A stretch of DNA of 64,000 bases, taken from the NCBI GenBank assembly GCA_964252035.1, contig OZ176204.1. One strand, given 5' to 3'. Both the position numbers and the translations under genes were made by a program. The notes below the pieces were generated by a model, which was given only the letters and a program-made list of their open reading frames with translations, did not search any database and was not told the origin of the DNA. Shown in pieces: positions 35,451 through 47,277 of this stretch (position 1 is its first letter; every line of letters starts with the position of its first letter). Source of the DNA: Podarcis erhardii (lineage: Eukaryota).

Positions 35451-38400
35451 GATTATTATGTAAGAAATGCTGCCTTGTTTTTAGGCGGGACTGTTTTGGT
35501 TCCAGGTTGTTAGGTACTCAGCCACCGCAGTTCACCATGATGCCTTTTCTAAAAGGGTCAGTTTCTTTTTCCTGTATCAACAGTTGTGTTTCAGGGAGGG
35601 GATGGAGGGGGGGGGAGCTGTTACAGGATACATTGGAGATGGGTCTGATGAACTAAGATTAAGGGGGCACTATGTATGATTAGCATGTTCTTAATATCAG
35701 AATGAAGTTTATCACAGGTGCACCAGCTGACCCCTCACAGGAAGGGACATGTTTAACATGTTTTGCTGGAAGAAAAATGGCCTCTGCGCAGCCACATGCA
35801 TACCAGCATCAAAGAACCAGGCTTTGAGCAAAGTTTCAGCCTTGGGCCTGTAAGAATTGTACAGTGTAATTTACTCTGTTGGGGTGGCTGGCAAAGAGGG
35901 AAAGTATGACTCTCCAGAGAGGGAGTTTTACCCCAAGAGGTGTCTTGAAACAGAATAAATCAAATAAGCTGTGACATTTTTTAGAACTTATTCTGCTGTG
36001 TGTGGTTTTTTTTCAGCTGAGAAAAGTCTAGCAAAAGGGTGTATGAAATGCACAGGGGTAAGAATTTGCCATATATAATCCACCATTTTGAAAAATCCCC
36101 TAGCTGCGTGCATGATAACAAAACACTTAAACATATGGTGATTCTTATGCTTTGTCACAGCCAGCTCTCCAGGCAGGCCCATGAAGGAGAATTCAAGCAA
36201 ATTGTCTCCACCCATGCCCACTAGCACCATCAAGTGATAAAGTGCTTGTTGGACTCTGCCCATGAGTGTACATTGGATAGCAAGGCGCAGCGAAGCCACA
36301 TGTTTGTCACATTCATGCTTTAGTTTATTTATTTAATACCATTTTATATCTTCATAATATCACAGTGAAGTTTAACGCAACAAATACATTAAGGCAGAAA
36401 CAAGTGCAGGTTCATGAAGCACTAAAAACCCAGCCATATGTGACCTTCGATGAGTTGACACCTCCCAGCTGAATGTGCCTCACTGGGACGGACGTTGTGA
36501 GGATAAAATGACATTTTCTATTGACTGAGTGCTGCCTTTTTGCTTCATAAACAGAAATGTTTATGAAGTTACATTTTACTAGATTTACTCAAGAAGAAAA
36601 TTCTGCAGTAGCTAAACTTTAAAAAGGAAAAGCAGCCCAATTATGCCCAGAGTGTGATGTCTCTTTTGTCACAAGCTTATTCCCCCCCCCCCCCCGCCAA
36701 GACCCTCTTACCTATTACATACCCTGAGGAGAATTCTGAGTTCCTCTAAAACTTTGCAGCTTCATTTGCTTTAATTCCCTCAGATGAGCAACATGAGAAG
36801 ATAAATCTATGTTGTGTTCTCAAAATAGGTTTTATGGGAAAGAATAGGGTAAGCAATAACAAGACAGTAACCCATCAGCAATCTATGCTGATCAATGTAG
36901 CCCAAAGCCAACCCCTGCCCGCTGCAAAAAAATAAAAATAAAAAATCATTGTGCTGACTAAGGCAGGACCTTCAACTTATCTCATGATTTGGCCAGGCCA
37001 GCAAGTGACAACAGTTCATTGCTCTTTGGGTCACTGCTGGGCTCATTTCATGGGACTTGTGCATGAAAATACCAATGATGTTTAATTAACTTTGCCTCAT
37101 ATCTCATTCTTTGCACACAGTTAAGCTACAGAGAGAAACTGGTCTTTCTCCTCTCTATGATCATATAAAATCTTAAGCACGTCATGTAAATGAGCAAAGG
37201 TTCCTGTCCAGCTGGTTGGGGAAATGGCGAGGATCCAAGAAGGCCTGCAAGGAGTGATAAAAGAAACTGATTGCAGCCGTCAAATGCAATGCTGTTCATC
37301 TTTCCTGCTGGCCCATCAAACAGTAAGTATCCTTTCTGAAAGAAAAGATAAACACAGAATGCTCATATTTTTCCTTTCCCTAAATAGACTTCTGCATGGG
37401 CTCACAGGCAGGCGTGCACACACACACACACACACCACACACAAACACACACACATCCCAGAATCCTGGCACGTGTTGTTGTTTGAAGATCCCCAAATGC
37501 AGGGGCTTTTTTTCCTCCTTGAGCAAAGGCAGCTGGTGAACTATAGGAAAAATATTAAAACTTTTCACAGAAAGGGCTTAATCCACAATCTGAAATTCAC
37601 AGAAGCATTAAGTCATTATTCAAATGAAAAGCTGCATTTGCCCATTAACATATTTTCATCAACCAAAAAGCAAGATGCTGATACGAGGGATGATCTATGC
37701 ATTCCTATTTATATGGTAATTGACTGGTTAGGGAGTTTTCTCTGTTATTTTCCTAGGATGTGCTACGTGTCAATTAAAACAATGTTTTTAGCTACCGTTC
37801 TAATGAAACCAGACATCGTTAAGAAACCATTTCTTATGTGTAACCACTGATGGAGAAGTGGGGGACATCTAAAGTCAAGCATTTTGTGCAACCTTCATAA
37901 CTATCAGCTTTTGACTTAACTATGAAGGAAAATGGCTAATTATTATTTTTGCCCGGTCAATGTTTTCTGCCTGTCAAATTTGCTGTAAATAAGCATAAGA
38001 ACATTGCCTCCCTTCCTGTGCATTTACATACTGAGGACATTTATTTCATTGAGGACCCCCCCCACCAACTCCCCCACCCCCCAAAAAACAAACAAACCTC
38101 CCTCATATCCAAGATGTAATAGTTCAGTGGCTCAAGTTCTTTTGCTGTTGTCAATCAGGCTTCATTTCAAGAGGGGAAACATCTTTTGAGAACAGATTTG
38201 CAAGTGAAATTCCATCCTGTTCAAAGCTTTGCTTCAACTAATCATCATGCAAGAGATGAAACATAGCATCCAACGTTAATTAAAATGGGCACATTTTATC
38301 AGAGTCATACTACTGAGGGATGTGGCTCAAGCATGACCAGGAGTGATGCGTGGCACAGGGCAAGGAGGAGCCCTGGATGCTGCCTCTGGGTGCCCATCCA

Positions 38401-40904
38401 GGAGTTATTCAGAAAAGAAAGGGCAGGGGCACATATCAGGCACATATCGTCTTCCAGAACTTCTCTGCTCTTGGAAGCCACAGTCTTTTCCTCCTCTTTG
38501 CTTCATATGTGGGTACATGTTTCTCTCCTATTCTGCATGTATTTTTTTCTAAATAAATAGATTCTACAATAAAACACTACATGCTTCTAGAACACTCTTC
38601 ACCTATGGAAATTAGAATTAAGTTCTTTTAACTTCACTTAAATAAACAAGACAGAATTATATTATAACTTCTTGTAATGTGGATGAGGTTTCCTATAGTT
38701 CATGCTGAAATATGTGCTTAATATGTGAGCCCCAAAGCAGACTAGAAACCCCACTCAATTCTTTGTTTGTCACCTTGCAACAATAAATGAAGCACTCCAT
38801 TTCTAAGTGGAAAGGTACTGGTACATGTTTTTAATAAAAACCATCACCATTTAAACTTAAAGTACTGATCAATTACATTTCTTGCTGCATTGCCACATAT
38901 CCAAAACATTATGGCCTGATTTCCATATGCATGCATATCACTTAATATGGGCAAGATGAGGCCATACAAAAGTTCTATCTGTGATGTAATATCTATGACA
39001 GCCCATTCATATGTGCAGATCATCATAAATGCTGCAATCATCCAAATGTGACCAGCTGTGAGCTATATAGGCCTTGCTATAATGCTACAGCGACCAATCA
39101 TTTTAAGAGTCACAGCATTTATCTTCCCATGCAATGTAAACAAGTCTAGTCACTTACAGCGCAGGCGGTGTTTTGATAGACACAGAAATTTAACCCCAAG
39201 AGTTAGGTTAAGGTTTATGCTGTCTTGATATGCATTCTGTCAAATTCCAAGGTGTAGTTGGAAACCAAAATTACTTTAAGTGCTGCTTATTGAGTTTAAA
39301 CACTGTTCTGTAGACTGTTTTTTTTACTATCCTCATTGCAGCGATGAATGCTGAACAGAAAAACTGACAAACAGATGAAAAGACTAACAGAACCTAGGAG
39401 TCAGTGAAAGCAAGCTGGTAATTGATGGGCTGATTGATATACACTTGAGTAGTCCAGGCTGTTAATAGGAACTGCAATCACAACAAATTGGCTTTGTGAC
39501 CAGCCAGAAATAATCTGCTGGTCTCAGCAAAGCAAGCTCATTGAATTTCCCTCCACATGCCTAGGAACTTGTGCCAAACACAAGTATACATACCAAGAAT
39601 TGTGGGTGGTTGTTAAAGAAAGTGCAGAGCTGCAAATCTCACACACTTATGAGGAAATTATGCCTTTCGCTAAGGTTGTCACCTTTTGTTTCTGGCAGGT
39701 TTAGTGCCCTAAAGTGCTGCACATCTGACAGAAATTCAGTAGCTGCAGATTTCCCTGCAGGGATATGCAGGGATGGGGAAAGCTTTATTTGTTGAATTTC
39801 TGCCTGTTGGAACTGCATACTCTACCCTGCCAGAGAGAGGGGTGGTAGTCCCATTCCATTGCACTAAACAGACAACTACTCATTGTGTAACAAGAGCTAC
39901 TCGGCTAGGGGAAAAAACCCAACCCCTGCGGGAATAGAATGGACAGCAGTTGACAAAAGGTCTGGATGTATGCTGGAAATCTTCAAGAGGGATGTAAGTG
40001 GCATTCATAGGCGCCGACTCCATGGGGCCTGAGGGGGCCCGAGCCCCCTCAAAAATTCGTTTGGGGGGGCTCTGCCCCCCCAATAATTTAAGAAAATTGC
40101 ACACTTAGAATTTGTCCCGGTGCGCGGACTTTCCCCTCTCTCTTCTTTTGCCCCGCGGATGGATAGGAAGGAAGGGACGAGGCTGCGCGCTCCCCAGCCC
40201 AGGCTCCTTGCAACGCTTCAAGCCCCGGCAAGCTGCACCCTCTCGGCGGCGCGCTGCAGGCGCTTCCCCAATCCCGTCCGAGCACTAAGAGCAGGAAGTC
40301 ACCCTGCCGGCTCGGAGGAGGCAGCCCAGAAACGGGGCGGGAGAGCAGGACGCCGCCCCGCGCCACCTCGCCTCAGGCGCCGCCTTCTGCGCGCACACTC
40401 GCTTGCCACTAGAAGCCCTGCAGAAAAGGCCGTTGGGTGCAGGAGCGGCGCCTACGTCGCGCTTCCCGGAGGGGCGCGTCGCCCAGCATTGGCACACGTT
40501 TGGGCGGGCTGCGGAGGGCGCGAGCGCTGCGTGTGCCCCAGGAGGCCGGCGAGGGCGGGAAAGCGGGCGGCTCACTCCTCCCGCGCGCCAAAAGGGGCTT
40601 TTTTGGCGGTTCCCCCGCTGCTACGAAGTCCTAAGCAACGAGAAGGAAAGTGCCTCATGAGCATAGCACTGGAGGGTGAGTCTCAACTTTTCTGGACGAG
40701 CACTCAATGTGTTGCAGATATTAAGCATAAGAAACGCTCCTCATTGTCCACACCCATAAAAATATTCAAACTTTTACTGGCAGAACTCATTGAAATAAAG
40801 CAGAAAACATCAAATGAAACAGGTCCCAAATATTCATACGATGTCCATCATAGGCTTAGCATCTTACAAAATATGAAAATGATCCAAGCTGATCTGAAAG
40901 CAAA

Positions 40905-40908
<4 letters not shown>

Positions 40909-40950
<42 letters not shown>
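40909..40950. repeat. (TC)n microsatellite inside the hAT element
   Basis: Direct reading. Confidence 0.92.
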
Positions 40951-40952
<2 letters not shown>

Positions 40953-41251
40953 CACAGCCTGCATACCAGCCTCCAGACTGTTTACTCTCCCTTCAGGAGA
41001 GTTTCTTTTACACATTCATTGAGTTTGGGAGAAAAGACACTTCAAAATGGGAGATTTTGCAACCCAGTAAAAATTATTAGTTATATTATGCTGCGGGCAC
41101 ACTTAGAATTTGTCCCGGTGCGCGAACCTTCGTGTAAAGTCTGGCGGGCCAGCGCTGCGGCCGCGGCGACATCAAAAGGACTGGAGCAGAAGCGCCTGGA
41201 ATCCTCCACCTCGCGTCGCCTTGACGCTTCGAGACATTACGACGCCGCGGC

Positions 41252-41289
41252 TATATAAAGCCCACGCCCTGCTGGCGCAGTCATTCAGT
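41252..41289 (+). promoter_or_regulatory. TATA box + initiator of the hAT transposase gene
   Basis: TATATAAAG 41252-41260 and TCATTC at 41281-41286 (~30 nt spacing), ~140 nt upstream of ATG 41422. Confidence 0.55.
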
Positions 41290-41421
41290 GTGGATAGTTT
41301 CGTTCAGTGCATGCTGCAGACGTGTTTAGCGTTCCGACTTTAGTGTTTAGTGGACTCTTTTATATGACTATATTTTATTCGTTTACTTTAGTCTCTTAGT
41401 GTATTGTGAATTAAGTTTGCA

Positions 41422-43597
41422 ATGGATAAATTTGTTACCAAAAAGGCGCGCTTGGAAGTTGATGATACTGCAAGTCAACCTCCGACAATAATTGTGTCGT
41501 CAATTGCTTCGTCGTCTTCAGGCGAGAACCGTTCACAGCCGAAACCTGGACAATCCGGTAAGGGAAGATCATTTCAGAAGTCTTGGTTGATCAAATATAC
41601 ATGGCTAGAATATGAAGCATGTACCGAAAAAGTTTTTTGCAAAACCTGCAAAGAGGCAGATGCTAAAAATCTATTACAATTTTCTTCAAAAAAAGAAGAT
41701 GCATTTATTTCCGTAGGGTTTTCTAACTGGGAAAAGGCTTTGGAAAAATTCCGTCTTCATGAAAATACGTTTACACATAAAGAAGGTGTTCTGAAACTAA
41801 ATTCCATCACTAACCGAAGTGTGGCCTCCCAATTGAATGAACAGTTAGATAGTGATATGAAGAAAGGCCGTTTAGCTCTTGAGACAATTTTTACTACCGT
41901 GCAATTTTTATGCCGACAAGGACTAGCAATTAGAGGGCACGAAGATGTAAACTCAAATTTTTTTCAATTGTTGGAACTCCGAAAGAATGATGTACCTGAG
42001 TTAAAAGATTGGTTAGGGCGTTCGGGGTATAAGTGGACGTCCCACAATATTCAAAACGAGATCATTGATCTACTAGGAAAGTCTGTGTTGAGAAAAGTAT
42101 TGGCTTCAATCAAGAAGACTGAACATTTTTCTATTATGGTTGACGAAACAAGTGATTCTTCGATTCACGAACAAGTGTCATTTTGTTTTCGTACAGTCGA
42201 TGATTCCTTAATTATCAACAAAGACTTTATTGGCTTATACGAGACCCCCAACACTGAATCACAAACTCTGTTTAGTATTTTAAAAGACGTATTTGCTCGT
42301 CTTGATTTGTTAATGGATAACTTAAGAGGACAGTGCTATGATGGTGCCTCGAATATGAGAGGCAAGTTCAAAGGACTAAAAAAGTTAGTTTTGGATATAC
42401 AACCAAAAGCACGTTATGTGCACTGCACTGCTCACAGTTTAAACTTGGCAGTTGTAGACAGTCTCCGCCATCTTACGTCTATGAGGGATATTATGGCCTT
42501 AGCCAAGGACTTAATAAACACCGTAAGGGAATCCAACAAAAGGATGGGACTTTTCAGAAGCATACGCTGTGAGAGCGCCAACGACCAAGCTGGTCTACGA
42601 CCCCTTTGCCCGACTTGATGGACTATGCGAGCTTCTAGTATCTTGAGAATATTGAAAAACTTTGAAGAACTTCTAGAGTTTTTTGAAACATTTTCTGCAG
42701 AGGACAAAACAGAGGCAGGTTACAAATGTGCAGGCTACCTTGAGTCGATGTTACAATTCAAAACTTATTTCTTTTTACGTCTTTATTGCCATGCAATGAA
42801 CCCAGTAGAGGATGTCAATGAAGAAATTCAATGCCCTCATCTAAGTGTTGCTGATCTGGAAAAAATATATGAGGGCTTGATTTGTATATTGAATGGAAGG
42901 CGTGATAGTTTTGAACATTTTTGGGAATTGTGTTTAAAAGAAAAACCTTCACAAGTTGATGATCCTTCGCTTCCTCGGAATCGACGTATACCAAAGAAGT
43001 ATGAAAACAACGAAGCCAGCTCACTGCACACTTTCAAAACCCCAAAGGAATACTACAAAGCTATTTACATTGAAGTTTGTGAAACGGTGCAATCTTGCAT
43101 TACTGAGCGGTTTGCATCAACTGGATTCACACAGGTCATTGCACAAGAGTGCTTGCTTTTAGTAAACAGAGGTGAAACAAATTTTGAAAAAATCAACTGA
43201 GTTTTTCAAAAATGACCTAGACATTGAGAGACTGCGCTTACACTTGAATATGTTAGCCGATATCGCTAATAAAAAACAACTGGTCTTAAAAAACATGCGT
43301 GATGTGAGAAAGTACATTACACAAGAGCCTGCAGTTGGAGAAATGTTATGTGAAGTAGTGAAGTGCATTAAGCTTCTCCAAGTAGTTCCAATCACGACAG
43401 CAACAGCAGAACGGTCATTTAGCGCCCTTAGACGTCTGAAGTCATATCGCCGATCAACAATGGGACAGAAGCGATTGAACAACTTGGCTGTTCTTCAAGC
43501 CCATCAAGATGTTTTGGATGAATTGGATATCCGACCAGTCATCAACGACTTCATATTCAGTAATCCAGTCAGACGGTCGACATTTGCACCTTTCTAA
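41422..43597 (+). pseudogene. hAT transposase (TTF-type Zn finger, DUF4371-like region, hATC dimerisation domain) with a nonsense codon and a frameshift
   Basis: FSIMVDETSD, GQCYDGASNM, YVHCTAHSLNL, LCPT*W (TGA 42616-42618 for expected CGA), AERSFSALRRLKSYRRSTMGQKRLNNLAVL; frame change near 43190. Confidence 0.92.
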
Positions 43598-46545
43598 AGA
43601 CACTCTAGCCCTAATAATGGTATTTAGAGCAATATTAAAAATCTTTATAAAATAGAGAATTAAATACATACAGAATGTTAAATTTTCAGTTTCGAAATAT
43701 TAGTACTAGTTTAGTACTGTATTTCTATATTACTATAGTACTGTATTAGTTATTTTCAAATACTTAAATATTTTTAGGGTGTAAGACCCAATTAAAGCCT
43801 GTTATTTACATACAGTATTACAGTATTTACATACAGTATTAGGCATACTGTATTAACTTTATTAACTGTATTAAAGCATTAACTTTGAGATATTTTTATT
43901 TAATGAACCCTTAGCCTTATTCAAAGTAAGCTTAAATTAGCTATTTCACTTATTAATCAAAGTGCTATTACTGTGCGACAGCAATATTTTATGTTTTATT
44001 CTTTTAATGATAGTTTAGGATTTATTTAAATATCATTTCAGTCTTTTCAGAGCTATATATTCACTGCTCTGTAATAGTCTATAAGCATAATTGTTACTGT
44101 AAATTAAATTAGCTTTTTACAAAAATACCGTGCGTGTTTATGTTTTGTTTCTTTTTTCAAAGCCAAAAAGTGTTTCAGGCTTGTCGAGTTTCCTGGAGTG
44201 TGGAGTTATAGAGAGTTGAGTTTTCGGGGTTCTAATGTTGATCATATGACTCTAAAATACTTTTAAAAAACTTTAAAACTCACTAATTTTCATCTAAAAT
44301 TTAGAAAACTTCCCGGGGCAGGACCCCGGTATGGGCCCCCCCAATATTTTTTATAAGTCAGCGCCCCTGGTGGCATTCCATGGTAGACAGGAAATGGGAC
44401 TTGTTTTAGTCTGTGGAAGGTGCCATAAACCAGTCTTCTCCAACCTGGTGCTCCCAGATGTTTTGGATGACAGCTCCCACCAGCCCCAGCTAGCATAGCC
44501 ACTGATCAGGAATAATGCAAGTTGCAGTCTAAAACATCTGGAAGGCATCAGGTTGCTGTAGATAGGGCAGTGGGAAATGCTTAGCTACACTTTGATGTGC
44601 TCAGCAGCTGGATGACATCCAAAACTTGTGGTTTGCCTAAACCACAAGTACCAATTCTCAAATATCCAACTGGGAATAGCTGTTTGATGGCAAACATACC
44701 GTTTCCCGAGACGTCCCCAGTGGAAGGAGAAACAAGCATGAATGAAAATGAACAGTAGGTTATGACTGTAGCATTATCTTTGCTGCCAACTCTGCTTTGG
44801 GATGCCATTCAGTCTGCTTGTTGATTTAGAGCAGTTTCTTCATTTATCACCAGCAAAGTGCTGTTCACCCTGTTGAGAAGTAACTTGTGCTATTTATGCA
44901 AGAATGCAAATGTGGACAGGAACTATTTATCAAGCCAATATATTAGCTTTGTTTGGGACCATGGGAGTTAGATATTAGCCACACAACTGTAATTGCAAAA
45001 ACCCACTGAAGAGCCTGTCTTTTTGAAATGATTGATGTTCATCATAAACCATAAACCAGCAGCTTGAGAAAGCTGGACCAAACCAGACACAGTCAGGAAT
45101 ACCACCTGGTCCCATGGTTGACAATGTAGCAGCAAGAAAGGAGCATTGAGGGAGTGGTAACTGCAGCCACAGGGTGTGCCATCCTCTCGGGGCATAGGTG
45201 GGGCTGTGACTCCCCATTCCCCATTCCTTCCTGAAAATGGCTCTCACCTAAATCCAGCTGCTGATGAATGCCATAAACCAGGAGCTACAGTTCAACAATA
45301 TCTGGAGGGACACAGATTAGCCCCCCGTGTCTTGAACTGAAAGTGTGCATTAGAGTAGTGAAGGTGTACTAAGCACTGTTGAAGGCAAGAGGAAGGCTGC
45401 TCTGGGTTCACATCCAGGGCTAGGCTGAGATTTGTGGGCCTGCAAAGGGATAGATCTTCACTAGGACCCCTCATTGAGCCGGCAGTTTGAAATACAGTGT
45501 TATAAAGAACAACTATGGGCCACCTAGAACCAAGGTTCTTGCAAAAAATGTTGGACTAAGTAGACCTTGGTCGGATCAATGAAGGCACGCCTTGTGTATG
45601 AACACATACTCAGGATCTCTTAGCACTTCATAATTGTGTCTTTAGCTCTGAGAAATCCTGATTATTCACTCTTGCTTTGCAAATTCAAAACATACAAGTA
45701 GACCACAGAAGAATTATAGTACAACCAAAAGCCAAACAAGTAGGCCACCACTAACTTAACACACCAACTGAAATATCTTTTGATGGTACTTTCATTGGAC
45801 AAACTATTGTGTTCACTGGCAGGTCTTTCAGCTACAGGAGAGAATGAGCTGGCTTTGAATACGAACTTCCCAGGCTGAACCACAGTATAGGAGGGACACT
45901 GGCAGTTCAGCTGCAATTACCTTGCCTGCACTATCTTTGTGCTGTAGATAAAATAGCTCAGTCTCCAGGGAGTCTTCAATTTTTATACTTCTCCAGCATT
46001 ACATTCGCTCTAAGAAAGAAAGCAAAGCACAATATACCCTTCTTTCCCATGAGATCACCTTCTGCCAGCACACTCCTGGATGCTATTTTGCTAATAAAAT
46101 GCTTAGACAATCGTTCTCTCCCAGACCATTCTTGAGCCAGGCTATTCCTCAGTCATGTTTTGATATACACTCGTTTCATCCAAAAGGAAGCTGTACACCA
46201 GGGATCCAGCCTGTACAATGAGACATAGTTTGCTGACAAAGACAGAAGAGGACACAAAAATCATGTGCAGCTTTACACACCTCCTCTCACTTTTTGCATT
46301 GCTTCTTCCTGACAGTATTGCTATGCGCAACCAACTTCAAATGGTTTCACGGTTGCAACTTTCACTTGGGTTTGGTTTCCTTTAGAAAGGGGTCACTGGA
46401 GGCTTATGGCATTTTGTAAAAATATGACTTTATTGACAAATAGGCAAGTTGAGCATAAACTTAAACCAAAAGACAGCCTAATCTACTGTTCCACTTCAGA
46501 TTGCAGGTATCCCCAGCCATCTTCTCTCTCCAAAACTGTACTTTT

Positions 46546-46987
46546 TGTCAGGAGCACAGCCTACTCTCGAGTAGGACCCTGGCAGAAACACATGCCCGAC
46601 TGGCATGTTCTCTCCCTCCTGGTCTTTCGTCCGGGAGCTTCAAAAACTTTTTCTGCCTGAACATCACAGCGACCGATACCAACAGACACCAGCACTCTTA
46701 GGGATCCGCAGAGTCTTTGCAGCTTGTGTGACAGACCTCAGCAACTCAGCATTTTGGCTAATCTACTTTATTTACATATAAACACACACAGAGCACTGCA
46801 ACATGGCTCCCTCTCTCTAGCCTCAGACAGCAAAGAGAAAGAACAAAGAACAATAGTCCCACTTCACAGAACACAGTAACACAAACGTCCTGTCTCTGTC
46901 ACTTCCCACTTTGTGGAGTCAAAACATACACCGTCATGTGACAGACAAAAATCCCGTGACTGCAGTCATGGAGCAGGAATTCTAACA
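46546..46987 (-). mobile_element. Solo LTR (Gypsy/ERV-like), 442 bp
   Basis: TG…CA ends with short imperfect inverted termini (TGTCAGGA / TTCTAACA), 5-bp near-TSD CTTTT/CTCTT, AATAAA on minus strand at 46767-46772. Confidence 0.6.
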
Positions 46988-47025
46988 CTCTTGTTCCTGT
47001 CACACACCCTTAAGATTGCAGCATA

Positions 47026-47277
47026 CAGTGGTACCTCTGGATACGAACGGGATCCGTTCCGGAACCCCGTTCGCATCCAGAATCAAACACAACCCGCATC
47101 TGCGCGTGCACGGGTCGCGATTCGCCACTTCCGCGCATGTGCGTGACATCATTTTGACTATCTGCGCATGCGCGAGCGGCAAAACTCGGAAGTAACGTGT
47201 TCCGTTACTTCTGGGTCGCCATGGAGCACAACCCGAAAGCGCTCAACCTGAAGCAACTTCAACTTGAGGTATGACTG
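47026..47277. mobile_element. Tigger/pogo-like MITE, family 3
   Basis: TA-CAGTGGTACCTC…GAGGTATGACTG-TA. Confidence 0.8.

Larger units (their letters stand above)
40006..44369 (+). mobile_element. Full-length hAT DNA transposon (Tip100/ZMYM1-like transposase), 4364 bp
   Basis: 8-bp TSD GTGGCATT (39998-40005, 44370-44377); imperfect 14-bp TIRs CATAGGCGCCGACT / AGTCAGCGCCCCTG. Confidence 0.93.

Noticed and set aside
37224-37850. 208-aa plus-strand ORF
   Set aside because: Runs through a (CA)n-like tract, no domain motifs, no splice or genic context
40120-41022. 300-aa ORF inside the hAT
   Set aside because: GC-rich low-complexity translation crossing a (TC)n repeat; not transposase-like
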